Assembly: GCA_963813075.1 (NCBI GenBank)
Contig: CAWEXU010000030.1
Coordinates: 224,001 to 288,000 of the forward strand
Direction of reading: 5' to 3'
Length of the DNA stretch: 64,000 bases
Origin: Methanotrichaceae archaeon
GTDB taxonomy: Archaea; Halobacteriota; Methanosarcinia; Methanotrichales; Methanotrichaceae
Shown one piece after another: positions 19,655 to 32,579 of this stretch. Both the position numbers and the translations under genes were made by a program. Below the pieces are notes generated by a model, which worked only from the letters and a program-made list of their open reading frames with translations, made no database searches and was not told the DNA's origin. Numbering within the stretch: the stretch's first letter is position 1; every line of letters begins with the position of its first letter.

Positions 19655-20923
19655 TTAAGGGCTGAAGTTCTGCGCTATGCCTTGCTCATCCGCCTTGGTG
19701 CAGGCAGAGAGAATGGGGACGGGCTTTTGGAAGCTATCCAGAAGATGTCCGATGCGCACTGTTGCCTTTTCGATAAATGGCAGGCTTTCAGGCTCTTCGC
19801 AGGCCAGGACCATTGCCCCACACATCTGCCCCCCGGAGGTTATCGGCGCTGTGATCCAGCTTCCTTTTGATCCATCTTTAGCCTGGTGAATTCGGGCCGG
19901 TCCGAGAAGGTCGCAACTGGCCTGGATATCTTTGATGAACTCTATTAAGACCTCAACCGATCCATGCAGGGCTCTGAGCACCAGACCGCTGCTCTCCTGG
20001 AGGAATATTCCTCCGACGTCCGCCCCGCCCGCCCCGGATACAACATGCGCCAGGGAATCTGCCAGCATCTTGTCCATATCCTCCGTGGGGGAAAAACAGA
20101 TCTCTGCAATCCGATCCATTGCGTCCATTTCCCGGTTGGCCTTGAGGATCTTGACCTCCAGCTCCTTTCTTTCCGTTATATCCAGGAGATTTCCCAGCAT
20201 CGCCCTCTGTCCCTCATGCTCTATGGGCACCGTCCGGAACTCAATCCAGCGATATGTTTCATCCCGGCGCAGTATCCTTGATTCATAGACCGGCACGCTG
20301 GACTTCTGATCTCTGTCCAGCCGGCTGACGCATTGCATGTCATCGGGCTTGACCAGCTGCCAGAAGGGCATCCCCAGGAGGCTATCTGCCGAGCAGCCGA
20401 ATATATCTCCCAGCTTCGGATTGACCAGCTTGAAGACCCCCTCCTGGAGGATATAAATGCCGGCCAGGGCATTCTCCACAATATTTCGGTGAATTCTCTC
20501 CGACCTCTCGATGCACTCTCTCATCTGCCTCTCATTTGCCTTGAACCGCGCCTCTTGTATGAGGTTTTCAAATACATAGGGAAGGCTCTTGAAGCTCTCC
20601 AGGCTCTTGACCACATATTTTGTTGCCCGGTTCTCAAAGGCAACCACCGCCATCTCTGTAGTGCCGTGGCCGGAGACCATGACCACAGGGATATCCGGGT
20701 CCAGCCTCCTGATCCTCACTAAAACGTCCAGGCCTCCAATCCCGGGCAGGACCAGGTCCACAGAGATCAGATCGTATCGATCCAGAGATATCATCTCCAG
20801 GCCCTCCTCTCCGGTGGCGGCGAAGTTCAAGAAAAACTCATCATGCCTCCTGAAGCCCATTTTAATCAGCTCGGCATGCTCTGGATCGTCCTCAATGATA
20901 AGAATGCGATAGGGCCCTGACAT
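19655..20923 (-). CDS. Response regulator with REC, PAS and degenerate GAF-like domains
   Basis: IIEDD, ISVD phospho-Asp, SG and K of a receiver domain; PAS ending DITERK. Confidence 0.85.
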   Translation of the reverse strand: MSGPYRILIIEDDPEHAELIKMGFRRHDEFFLNFAATGEEGLEMISLDRYDLISVDLVLPGIGGLDVLVRIRRLDPDIPVVMVSGHGTTEMAVVAFENRATKYVVKSLESFKSLPYVFENLIQEARFKANERQMRECIERSERIHRNIVENALAGIYILQEGVFKLVNPKLGDIFGCSADSLLGMPFWQLVKPDDMQCVSRLDRDQKSSVPVYESRILRRDETYRWIEFRTVPIEHEGQRAMLGNLLDITERKELEVKILKANREMDAMDRIAEICFSPTEDMDKMLADSLAHVVSGAGGADVGGIFLQESSGLVLRALHGSVEVLIEFIKDIQASCDLLGPARIHQAKDGSKGSWITAPITSGGQMCGAMVLACEEPESLPFIEKATVRIGHLLDSFQKPVPILSACTKADEQGIAQNFSP

Positions 20924-21043
20924 TGGAAACCGTCCTTGTCATGAAAATAGATGCTTGATCAGTATATTATATCTTTCTCCTGCAATTGGATGTGCTGATT
21001 TTTGCATTAGGTTTAATAGCCTGCAAAAGCATAATCAGAAGAG

Positions 21044-23182
21044 ATGAAACCAGTTGCCGCCTTCATTCTCATCTCCATTCTCCTGGCCGGCTCAGTCCAG
21101 GCCCGCGTCCTGACCGTCGACCCTGGGGACAATGGCGATGCCAAGACCCTTTCTGCTGCCGTATTATCAGGCCAGCCCCGGAGATACAATTCAAATCCAG
21201 TCCGGCAGATATGGAGGAGCGGTCATCGACCGCAGCCTCAAGATCCATGGTCAGGAGGGCGTCTCCATTGAGGGGCCCCTCATCATCAATGCTCCGGGAT
21301 GCGAGATATACGACCTTAAAATCAATTCGAGCAAACTGGATCCATCCCTGAGCCTCCTTTCGCGAGACTGCCGAGCCGTACGCTGCTCGGTCTCCGGCGC
21401 AAAGGTGGCAGTAAACTCAGAGGGCAGCAACAATACAATTGAGGAGTGCAGCATCAACTCCCCCGGAGGGATAGAGATCTTCGCCCCGGATAACAGGGTC
21501 CTTGGCTGCCGCATCCAGGGCGGTGTTGGGGTGCGAATCAACCAGACCGCTGGCTGTATGGTCGAAAATTGCACCATCAATGCTTTGCAGGCCGTCCTGA
21601 TAGAGGACTCGGACGGAAATAGCGCCTTGAACAACACCATTCTCACCGACGGACTGGGGCTGGTCCTCACCCGGTCGGATGGAAATGTGGCCGCGGGAAA
21701 TAACCTCAGCGGGGCTTTTGTGAGCGGCATGGATGTGTTTGATTCCAGAGCCAATGTTATCTCAGCAAACCGGATAAAAGGGGGCAAGGTGGGAATCAGC
21801 CTGAGGGGGACGGAAGGCTGCAATGTGACACAAAACGAGTGCCATAAAAACGAGAGGGTGGGAATCTACGGCAACGGGGCAGAAAACTCCCTCCTGGCAG
21901 ATAATCGTCTGTCAGAAAACGGCAATGGTATTCTCCTCACAGGCTTGAGCCACAGCATCATTCAGTCCAATCATGCCTCTAATAACACCTACGGCATATC
22001 GTTGCGCGGATCGGCAAACAACCTTTTGCGGGATAACCTCCTGGAAATGAACCGCTACAATCTGCGCATTGACAGCGGAGAGGGCTCGGACTCTCCTATC
22101 CATGACTATTATGTTCAGGACATAGATCGGAGCAATATTGTCGATGGCAGGCCGGTATGCTATCTGGTGGGGGAATCGGGGATAAATGTGCCTGAAGACT
22201 GCGGCTTTTTGGGAGTGGTATCCAGCCGGGGGATATCCGCCCAAAATCTGACCATATCCAACAGCAGCGTGGGCGTGCTGCTGGTGAACTCCTCCGGCTG
22301 CCGCATTCAGAACAGCACCGTCTCCTGGTCTGAGCAGGGAATCCTCCTCCAGGGAAGCGACGACTGCATCATCTCCAGCTGTCTGGTTTTCGACGCCAAT
22401 AGCGGCTACGACAGCCTGGACTCAAGCGGCATTCAGTTTGTGGGCGACGAGGCCAGAAACTGCAGCGATGAAGGCTTCCGGGTAAAGGGCTCCCTCAACA
22501 TGCTCCTTCTCAAATGCAACTCCACGAATTCCAATAGCGGCATATCCCTTCACAGCTCACGGTTATGCAGAGTGCAGGACTGCAGCGCTGTCCTCAATCT
22601 GAAGGATGGACTGCTTTTAAGCCTCTCACATAAGTGCTCTTTAGTGGGCAACCAGGCCGCATCAAATGACAGGGGATTCACCCTTGCCGGCAGCAATGCC
22701 TGCATTTTAGAGGCCAATTTCGCCATCTCGAACCAGAGGGACGGCATCGCACTGGAGCAGCTATCCGATGCCGAGGTGAGTGAACAACACCGCCAGCAAA
22801 AACGGCCAGGGCATATATGTTCAGTCGTCCAAAAAGTCGAGGATCTCCGGGAACACCCTCTGCAACAACAGCCGCTACGGCCTGCGCATGAGCACCAGCA
22901 CCAGCTGCAATATCACCGATAATGAGATCTGCTCCAATCAGATCGCGGGCATCAATCTGGTCGACTGCACGGACAACTTCCTCTATCACAACATAATCAG
23001 AGATAACCTCATCCAGAATGCAGCGGACAACGGCAACAACCACTGGGACGCCGGGGCAAAGGCGGGAGGCAACTACTGGAGCGATCATGCGGTGGCAGGG
23101 CGACCCGGGAAGTGTGCCCCGCCCCATTCCCGGCCGGGGCCAGGATCGTTATCCATTCCAGCATCCCGGAGGCTGGAGCTGA
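21044..23182 (+). CDS. Secreted NosD/parallel beta-helix protein (frameshifted near 21160, 22780 and 23110)
   Basis: Signal peptide; ASPGDTI; repeated N..GI.L; GGNYWSD...DRYP C-terminal motif spread across frames. Confidence 0.85.
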
Positions 23183-23642
23183 TGGATGAACTGGATTTAG
23201 AGCTTCTCCGGGTCGCTCAGGATGGCCTGGAGCTGACCGAGAGGCCGTACCGGGTTTGGGGCGAGGTCCTGGGGATATCGGAAGAGGAGGTCATAGTTCG
23301 CCTCCAGGCCCTGGAGGATGAGGGCATCGTCCGCCGTTTCGCCGCCACCATAGGGCACCGGGCCCTGGGAATCCTGGCCAATGCCCTTATCGCCTGGAGG
23401 GTGCCGCCGGAGAGGGTGGATGAGGCAGGATCGATACTATGCTGCGGCAGAGGAGGTCACTCACTGCTATGAGAGGGCGACGGCTCTGGACTGGCCTTAT
23501 AACATTTACACCATGGTCCACTCTCGCAGCAGAGAGGAATGCCTCCAGATTGCAGACCGGCTCTCTGAGAGCGTCCGGCATAAGCGAATATATCGTCCTT
23601 TTCAGCGAGAAAGAGTACAAGAAGATCAGCGCCAGGATTTGA
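23182..23642 (+). CDS. ahbB: Siroheme decarboxylase subunit, AhbA/AhbB (Lrp/AsnC-like), frameshifted
   Basis: QDGL.L.ERPY, VTHCYER, WPYNIYTMVH and EYKK motifs; ATG overlaps the NosD stop. Confidence 0.85.
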
Positions 23643-23675
23643 TGCCAGATATGATGCAGGAGATGCTGAGTGCTC

Positions 23676-24386
23676 ATGGCAGGACCGGATGACATCCCCT
23701 TAAATAAGCCTCTTCTGCCCCTTTTTCTGGATATGAGCCAGAGAGCTGGTGGTGATCTTCGGCGGGGGGAAGGTGGCGGAGAGGAAGGCGGCCCTCTTTT
23801 CCGATTACGGGCCGGTGCGGGTGGTCAGCCAGAGATTCACCCCCAACCTCCTGGCATCAGAGGATAAGATGGGAGCTGATCAGAGTGCGACCTGACCGAG
23901 CGAATTCAAAAGGTATCTGGAGGGGGCCTTCATCGCCATTCCGGCCACCAGCAACTCCCAGTTAAACCGGTCGATAGAGGAGGAGGCGATCCGGATGGGG
24001 ATTCTGGTCAACCGGGTGGAGGGCAGGGGAGAGGTGGTGGTGCCCTCGATCATCAGAAAGGGCCAGATCGCCATCGCCATATCCACCGAGGTCCCGGGCC
24101 TGACCCGATACCTCCGCTCAGCGGCTGGATGAGGAGCTGACCGAGGACTATCAGGGGATGGCCAGGCTTCTGGGCCGGCTGAGGCCCGAGCTGAAGGAGC
24201 TTATTCCCCGGCAAGAGGATCGCGCCCGCGCGATCAAGTGCATCCTGGAGGACGAGGAGGTGTGGAGGCTCCTCGACACTCTCCTATGAAAAGGCCTATA
24301 TGAGAGCCCGCTCACATGCATGCCAGGATGAGCGAGATAGCCTCGATGCTGGTGACTCACCGCACCGCCTCCATCGACGAGATTGA
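23676..24386 (+). CDS. sirC: Precorrin-2 dehydrogenase/ferrochelatase (SirC/CysG-N), multiply frameshifted; ends approximate
   Basis: LPLFLD, VVIFGGGKVAERK and PSIIRKG.IAIAIST motifs in alternating frames. Confidence 0.8.
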
Positions 24387-25575
24387 GAGAGCCTGGCACG
24401 GTGATGTGGAGACCATCCTCAAGTGGGTGCAGTCTCAGGACAGGGTGGAGGAATGCGCTGTTCTCAAGACCTGCAACCGGGTCGAGATCTATGTGGTGGC
24501 GCCGCGAGGGGAGAAGGTCCTCTTCGACCTGGCCAAGAAAGCGCGCGTCTCATCTCGAATCATCGATTTTCATGATCACGACGAATCCCTTCTCCACCTC
24601 CTCCGCCTGGCCTCGGGCCTGGAGTCCATGATCATCGGCGAGGACCAGATCTTAGGACAGATGAAAGAACTTGACCCAGATGGCGATGAAGGCGGGCACG
24701 ACCGGCTGGATGCTGGAGACCGCCTTTAAGAAGGCCATTCAGGTGGGCAAAAGGGTGCGCAAGGAGACCAGCATCAATGAGCGCTCGGTGTCGGTCGGCT
24801 CGGCGGCTGTGGATCTGGCGGAGGAGATCCTGGGGGAGCTGAAGGGCAAATCGGTGCTGGTGATCGGCGCCGGCGAGACCGGGGAGCTCATATCGCGGGC
24901 ATTGCTCATGCCGGGAGATAGGATCGCTGGCGGTCACCAACCGCACCTTCAGCTCAGCGGACTGTCTGGCGGAGAGCCTGGGAGGAGAGGCGGTGCCATT
25001 CGATGATATGCCCTGCTCGCCTCCATACCGCAGATGTGGTGATCAGCGCCACCTCTGCCCCCCACTACATCCTCCTCAAGGACGATATCGAGACGGCCAT
25101 GGCCGGCAGGAGCAATAAATTGCTGATAATCGATATCGCCAACCCCAGGGATGTGGACCAGGCAGCGGCGGAGGTTCCAGGGGTCGCAGCTGCATAACAT
25201 CGACAGCCTCAAGAACATCAGCCGGGAGAATATGATGCAGAGGATGGCGGAGGCGTCACGGGTGGAGGAGATCATCGCCGAAGAGATGAGGCTTCTTCAG
25301 GCCAAGTACAAGAGAAAGGAGGCGGAAGAGCTGCTGGCCAGGCTTTACTCTCAGGCGGAGCAGATCAAGGACCAGGAGGTCAGAAAGGCCATGAACAAGC
25401 TCTCCGCCAGGCATACTCTGGGCGAGATCGAGCAGCAGGTCTTGTGCGACATGAGCCGCTCCATTGTGAACAAGATTCTGTCCGAGCCGACCAAATCCCT
25501 GAAGAGCGCTGCGGAGAGGGGAGACGTGGAGATACTGAAATCATTGTGCGAGCTGTTCCGGCTGGAGGAGAAGAT

Positions 25576-25579
<4 letters not shown>
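24328..25579 (+). CDS. hemA: Glutamyl-tRNA reductase, frameshifted
   Basis: [30 protein letters not shown] and DIANPRDV motifs. Confidence 0.93.
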
Positions 25580-26533
<954 letters not shown>

Positions 26534-26633
26534 TCCTGCAGATAATCGATACTAATCGCATCTTTGTCCTGATATAACGAATAGGTTTATAGCCTGAAAG
26601 ATTTTTATTTTAAAACAGATCGACACAGAAGAA

Positions 26634-27650
26634 ATGGCAAAAAAATTCGTAATTGTCTCATCCTCAGGAGAGAGGAGAGTGCTGGACGAATTGGTTCCCT
26701 CAGAGGTACTTGATGCAGCCCGCGGCGATATTCAGAGGGCAATCCCAGCCTTGGCTAAAGATCCATGCATGGTTCAGGCTATTGAAAGGGCAATCAAGCG
26801 TGTGCCAACACAACATCGTTTAATTCCAGGGGATAGCAGATGGATGGAAGAGATTGCCGATGAGAGCGTTCATCTGGCTGTTACATCACCACCCTACTGG
26901 ACTTTAAAGGAGTATCCTCGCTGCGATGGTCAATTGGGCCTGGTGGGCGATTATGAGGAGTTTCTGGAGAATCTTGATAAGATCTGGAAGCATGTCCTCA
27001 GAGTCTTGGTCCCCGGTGGCAGACTGGTAGTAGTAGTGGGAGACGTATGTATGCCACGACGTCATTTTGGCAGACATGTGGTCTATCCCCTCCATGCCAG
27101 CATACAGGAGCATTGTCGAAAGATAGGATTTGATAACCTTGCACCTATCATCTGGCATAAGATTGCTAATGCTCAGTTCGAATCCAAGAGATGCACAAAT
27201 TTTCTAGGAAAGCCATATGAGCCCAATGCTATAATAAAAAATGATATAGAATATATATTATTTCAGAGAAAGCCAGGGGGCTACCGACAACCAACTACCT
27301 CCGCTCGACTCATGTCAGTAATTCCAGAAAATTATCATAGGTTATGGTTCCAGCAAATCTGGGAGCTTAATGGAGCCTCTACAAAGCATCATCCAGCACC
27401 ATATCCACTGGCTTTGGCCGAACGACTGATACGTATGTTCTCTTTTGTTGGCGACACAGTCCTTGATCCATTCATGGGAACTGGTACGACAAATCTCGCT
27501 TCTGGCCTTTGGGGACGCAATAGCATAGGATACGAAATCGAACCGACATATTTTGATTTGGCCTGCAATCGGGTCAAAGCTCTCAAGGAGACTCAGCTTA
27601 CCCTTGATTCCATCAGCTCGCTGGAAGTGAAACCATCGTGCCCGGTCTAG
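26634..27650 (+). CDS. Beta-class amino DNA methyltransferase (N4-C/N6-A)
   Basis: TSPPY precedes HPAPYP and DPFMGTGTT. Confidence 0.92.
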   Translation: MAKKFVIVSSSGERRVLDELVPSEVLDAARGDIQRAIPALAKDPCMVQAIERAIKRVPTQHRLIPGDSRWMEEIADESVHLAVTSPPYWTLKEYPRCDGQLGLVGDYEEFLENLDKIWKHVLRVLVPGGRLVVVVGDVCMPRRHFGRHVVYPLHASIQEHCRKIGFDNLAPIIWHKIANAQFESKRCTNFLGKPYEPNAIIKNDIEYILFQRKPGGYRQPTTSARLMSVIPENYHRLWFQQIWELNGASTKHHPAPYPLALAERLIRMFSFVGDTVLDPFMGTGTTNLASGLWGRNSIGYEIEPTYFDLACNRVKALKETQLTLDSISSLEVKPSCPV

Positions 27651-28387
27651 ATCCTTCTATTGATCCGTTTATCTTTTCCGACTCAGTCCGGGCATTTTGG
27701 CAAACCAGAGAACAGCAAGCTGACGCCCAATTACAGCGTGGGCAGTCGGATCAAGGATCGCGCAGCGCAGCAACTGGTGGAAAACAGATGGATGTTTTCT
27801 CCAGAACGATATGTAAGCTCCTTATTGAGACTGGAATTGATGAAAAGGACATATTTCAGAGGATTTCAGTTGAACTGCCCGGTTTTTTCCGGCCCACGAA
27901 AGAGTGGGATATCGTGGTTGTTGTGGATGGCAGTCTAATAGCAGCGATCGAGCTAAAATCGCAGGTAGGGCCTTCTTTTGGCAATAATTTTAACAATCGC
28001 ACAGAGGAAGCATTGGGATCGGCCATGGACATCTGGACCGCCTATCGAGAAGGGGCCTTCCGAACATCGCCTGCCCCCTGGCTGGGTTATCTGCTGCTAA
28101 TAGAGGATTGCCCGAGGTCAAGAAGCCCAGTTGGTGTAAGAGAGCCGCATTTCCCTGTGTTTCCGGAGTTTCTGCAGGCATCTTATGCCAAACGCTACGA
28201 ATTGTTTTGCCGCAAGCTGGTTCGTGAGAGGCAATACAATTCGGCATGTTTTTTAACCGCAGATCGCGCAAGCGCAGATTCAGGGGAGAACTACAAAGAA
28301 CCAGCGGAAGACCTCTCCGCTCGCCAGTTTATCTCTCAGCTTCAAAGCCACGCCCGTGGCATAATTTGCAGAGAAATTTCTGATTAA
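27638..28387 (+). CDS. Type II restriction endonuclease, XhoI/PaeR7I family
   Basis: LPGFFRPTKEWD...IELKSQVGPSFGNNFNNRTEEALG motif; overlaps the MTase end. Confidence 0.88.
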   Translation: MPGLDPSIDPFIFSDSVRAFWQTREQQADAQLQRGQSDQGSRSAATGGKQMDVFSRTICKLLIETGIDEKDIFQRISVELPGFFRPTKEWDIVVVVDGSLIAAIELKSQVGPSFGNNFNNRTEEALGSAMDIWTAYREGAFRTSPAPWLGYLLLIEDCPRSRSPVGVREPHFPVFPEFLQASYAKRYELFCRKLVRERQYNSACFLTADRASADSGENYKEPAEDLSARQFISQLQSHARGIICREISD

Positions 28388-28820
28388 CCAGATTGCTCTC
28401 TTTTCTTTCTCCGGCAGTAGCTCTCATATGCCACCCGGGAGAGCCGGTCTGCCTCTTCGTTCTTCTCTCGCGGCACCCACGTAAAGCTCACCTCCTTTCC
28501 CTCCAGGAGCTTCTTGATCTGGGGCACATACTTTTTGGAGGTGGCAGAGCTTATCCGGTACTCCCCTTTCATCTGCTTGATCACCAGCTCCGAGTCCCCC
28601 GGATCTGGATCTTCTCGTCGATCCCCTCGTCATTCAGCCAGCGGGCTGCGGCTAACAGTCCCTCGTACTCCCCTACGTTATTGGTCATCCCCCGGCCCTC
28701 ACCCACAGCGCCAAAGCCCCTCCAGATCGGCTCCTTGTCGCGGCAGACCAGATAGCCATAAGCCGCCACTCCACCGGGATTTTTGGGATAGCAGAGGCCG
28801 TCGAAGTAAACAGTGATCAT
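28384..28820 (-). CDS. rnhA: Ribonuclease HI, frameshifted near 28600
   Basis: YFDG...NPGG, TNNVGEY, (G)DSELVI.Q and WVPREKNEEADRL motifs. Confidence 0.92.
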
Positions 28821-28975
28821 CTCAGAAATCGAATCGACGGTACTATTATAAAGAATATATGCAAATGTTCCTTAGCTATTAAAGAGATCTTCAGATACGA
28901 TGCATTTATAATCGACTTGTCCAAATCAGGGCAACTGGCATTACCCGTCAACGGCGAAAAGAGGTTCTAAAGATC

Positions 28976-30040
28976 ATGAAGGTAGCGGTTATTGGTGGAG
29001 GCATCGGCGGCGCAGAGCTGATAAGAGTGGCTTCACCCTGCCCCCTGGAGTTCACCCTGATAGAGCCCAAAAAGCAGATCGAGATGCAGGCCCTCTATCC
29101 CGAGTATCTGGGAGGGGTCGCCAGGCTGCAGGACCTGGCCGCTCCCCTGAAACCCTTCTGCGAGCGGGTGGGAGCCCGTCACATCCAGGAGAAGGCCCTC
29201 CGCCTGGAGGGAAACACTGTGGTCTGCGAGAGCTCGGAAGTGGAGTTCGACTATGCAGTCATCGCCACCGGAGCCGCTCAGAACTACTTCGGCATCAAAG
29301 GGGTCGAGAACACCTTTTCCATCAACACTCTGGAGGAGACGAAGAGGGCGCGGCGATTTGTGGAGGACAACTATCCGGAGAGAATCATGATCATGGGCTC
29401 CGGCCTCACCGGGGTGGAGGCGGCATCCATCCTGGCGGAGAGCCTTGACTCCAGCATTTATGTCATCGAGGCGAAAGAGCGTGTCCTGCCCCAGTTCTCA
29501 GCTCAGACCTCCGAGCTGGTGGAGAAGGCCCTGTCCAAGAAAGGGGTGAACATCCTCACCTCCACCCAGGTGGCGGAGGTCAAGAAGGACTGCATAATGT
29601 TCAGCGACAATTCCTGCCTGGACTGCGATATGGCCATCTGGACGGCAGGGGTGAAGCCCTCCGGATTCATCCAGGATCTGGAGCTGCCCAAGAAGAACGG
29701 CTGGCTCTTGGTGGACCCCTACCTAAATGCAAAGGGCAATCTGTTTGCCATGGGCGATTGCGCCTGGGTGGAGATCGATGGCCGGCTGGCCACCAAGACC
29801 GGTCTGGAGGCGGAAAGGCAGGCCAAGTACCTCGCCCGCCACCTCTCCCATTTGATAAAAGGAAGCCCTCTGGATAGATATTCGGTGCGGGCCAGCACCG
29901 ACAGCCAGGTGGCGCTCATATCCCTGGGCTCGGACTGCGCAGTGGGGGTGTTGGGCAAGACCTGCATTGGGGTTCCCACCAGGCTGATCTACTCTCTGAA
30001 AAGCTGGATCGACAAATCCTTTATCAAGAGGTTCAAATAA
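28976..30040 (+). CDS. FAD-dependent oxidoreductase (NDH-2/pyridine nucleotide-disulfide family)
   Basis: GGGIGG, IATGA, GSGLTGVE, WTAGV and FAMGDC motifs. Confidence 0.85.
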   Translation: MKVAVIGGGIGGAELIRVASPCPLEFTLIEPKKQIEMQALYPEYLGGVARLQDLAAPLKPFCERVGARHIQEKALRLEGNTVVCESSEVEFDYAVIATGAAQNYFGIKGVENTFSINTLEETKRARRFVEDNYPERIMIMGSGLTGVEAASILAESLDSSIYVIEAKERVLPQFSAQTSELVEKALSKKGVNILTSTQVAEVKKDCIMFSDNSCLDCDMAIWTAGVKPSGFIQDLELPKKNGWLLVDPYLNAKGNLFAMGDCAWVEIDGRLATKTGLEAERQAKYLARHLSHLIKGSPLDRYSVRASTDSQVALISLGSDCAVGVLGKTCIGVPTRLIYSLKSWIDKSFIKRFK

Positions 30041-30061
30041 TAAAAAAATTATTGCGCCCCA

Positions 30062-31736
30062 CTATCCCAATCTGGCCTTGAGCTTGAAGTCTCCTGAGCC
30101 TCGATAGGAATGGACCATTATGTAATATTCTCCCGGCCCGGTGATGGGAAGGACGAGGCTCTCATCGGGCCTGGATGTGTACCCCCTCCCGTCATAATCC
30201 TTCTTGGTGGGAGCGGCTCCTTTTCTCACATACAGATCATAGTCTGCCCCCTCCGGCCCGTCAAGGTCCATGACCAGCTGGTTTGAGACCACAATCCGGT
30301 AGATCTTCTCCTCTCCATCGCCCTTGAGGCTTCCTGCCACCTCCTGGACAAAGGGCGGCATCTCCTCTATGGCCTGCTCTGCCGGTCCCAGAACTTTTTG
30401 GGCTGCCTTCAGGGCATCAATTATGCCATATCCGAACTCATTGCCATACTGCTCGCTCCTGCTACAGGTCTGGCGGATCAGATCGATGACCTCCGCCGCT
30501 GTGAGGTGAATATTGGCGGATTTGATCAGCGCCGCCAGTCCGGCCACAAAAGGAGTGGCCATGGAGGTCCCGTCTAACGGTTCATAGCGTGATCCGAAAT
30601 AGGTGCTCAAAATGCCCACCCCGGGAGCCATGACCTGCTTGTAGTCTCCGAAATTTGAGAAGTCGGCCCTCTTGCCATTCTTGCTCACCGCCCCAACCGC
30701 GATCAGCTTGCCGTACCTGGAGGGATAGTTGTATACCTGCTCATCATCCAGGTTTGCCCCATCATTTCCCATGGCCGCTGCTATTACGCATCCTTTGGCC
30801 ACGGCATAGTCCAGGGCGGATTTCATGGGCTCCGGCTCAGGCTGGCTCTTATCCACGTATCCGCCCAGGCTGAGGCTGATCACGCTGGCAGCATGGTCTG
30901 CCGCCCAGATTATTCCATCGGCAATGTCGCTGAACACCCCCGAACCAGTCACATAGGACCCTCCCCCCTCAGTGCATCTGAGATTGGCCAGGACCCTTAC
31001 CGGCAGAATCCGGCAGTTCCAGGCCACACCTGCGATCCCCTGGCCGTTATCGGGAATGCCGGCAGCGATTCCTGCACAGTGGGTCCCGTGACCGTTCTCG
31101 TCATCGGGATTGTCATCACGGGTGGTGAAGTCCCCTTCCCAGACACACCCCTCTTCAGGAGGGACATCTGCGACATTGACCATATCAAATCCAGGCAGCA
31201 GCTTATCCTTCAGGTCAGGGTGGGTCTGATCCACACCCGTATCGACAATCGCCACCACCACCTCCGAACTGCCCTTTCGTCAGGTCCCAGGCCTTATCGC
31301 AGTTGATCATCTTCAATCCCCACAGGCCTTTGAAGAAGGTGTCATTGGGATTGGCCATTGTCCGGGCGTAGTAGTCCACCTGGGCATCCTCAACGCTCGG
31401 GTCTTTCTTCAGATCATTCACCATCGCGGTTACATCCGTATCCGGGGCGACGTTGACCAGGAAGGTCCTGGTGAAACCATACTCCTCATGGGTTGGGCCA
31501 GTCTCTGCTGCGGAACCGGTGAATGCCTCCGCTCTTGGCGACGGTGATCTGAGCTTGACGATACTGGTGACACTGTAGTTCTTCAGCACTCGGTCCACTG
31601 ATGGAACCCCAAGCGCCTTTGCAGTGGAGGTTCGTCCCGTGGGAATGGAGGCGGTCATCGTCCTTGCCGCCTGCTCTTTCAGCTTGAGGATCACTCTCCC
31701 CTTAACGATTGTAGGCTTCAATCCTTTTCCGGACAT
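30062..31736 (-). CDS. Subtilisin-like S8 protease with propeptide and C-terminal PPC domain, frameshifted near 31270
   Basis: VAIVDTG, HGTHCAG and GTSMATP triad; DYDLYV...GEYYIMV..Y PPC motif. Confidence 0.92.
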
Positions 31737-31913
31737 TTAGATGCACATCCCATATCATTTGTATATCAAAAAACCATGAGATATTGGATTCTAAAAGCTA
31801 TAAGCCTTTCCCTGTGCCCGCCCGGCGCATTGTGCAGAAATCATCCCGGCAAAAGCATGATCCCGCTACTCTGGATATATTTATAGCAGAGAAATGCTAT
31901 TTGAGGATGGATA

Positions 31914-32294
31914 ATGGTTAAGGGCCGTTTCCTGCTCAACGACGGGCAGCCGTGGACAGTTGGATTGCACGAGATATGCATCAGAGGCGGTAAATTGGGA
32001 GATTACAGGGTATATTACATAACCAGAGGGGCTGTCAGGGGACCTTGTGAGCACAAGCACCGAACGGTCGAGTATGCCTATCATTGCTTGAGACATGATA
32101 TCCAGGCCTGCCAAAGGGAGGGTAAGGTCTCAGATAGGCGGATCTATGCCCAGGAAGATGGAAAGGAGAGGGAGCTGGTGGAGCGAGAGATCTACGAGCT
32201 TGATTACGCCAAGAGGCTGATGCTGGGAAAGACCGTTCTCAAGCAGGAACAAAAGGAGCTGAAACTAAGCCAGGGAACAGATGGCTCCGGATAA
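31914..32294 (+). CDS. Hypothetical protein with a CxHxH...C motif
   Basis: GAGGA RBS; CEHKHRTVEYAYHC. Confidence 0.65.
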   Translation: MVKGRFLLNDGQPWTVGLHEICIRGGKLGDYRVYYITRGAVRGPCEHKHRTVEYAYHCLRHDIQACQREGKVSDRRIYAQEDGKERELVEREIYELDYAKRLMLGKTVLKQEQKELKLSQGTDGSG

Positions 32295-32370
32295 TGCTAA
32301 TTGATCACCGCAACCGGAATAAGATCGCATAGCTTTAAGGGGATTTGCCCATCAGAGGAGGTAGCACCTC

Positions 32371-32568
32371 ATGTATTCAATTATCGAGATAGTGGGAAAG
32401 GATGAAGCAGGCTGGGAATACTCAGTGAAGAACGCCATCGAGGCCGCATCTGAAAGCATCAGGGATATGAGGATCGCTGAGGTAAAGGAACTGGATGTGA
32501 AGATAGAAGACGGAAAGATATCCGCATACCGGACCAGGATAAACCTCTCATTCAAAGACGAGAAATAA
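32371..32568 (+). CDS. Dodecin-family protein
   Basis: Y.IIEIVG....W...V.NAI..AS.....YR....SFK pattern; GGAGG RBS. Confidence 0.85.
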   Translation: MYSIIEIVGKDEAGWEYSVKNAIEAASESIRDMRIAEVKELDVKIEDGKISAYRTRINLSFKDEK

Positions 32569-32579
32569 GGGATTAAGGA

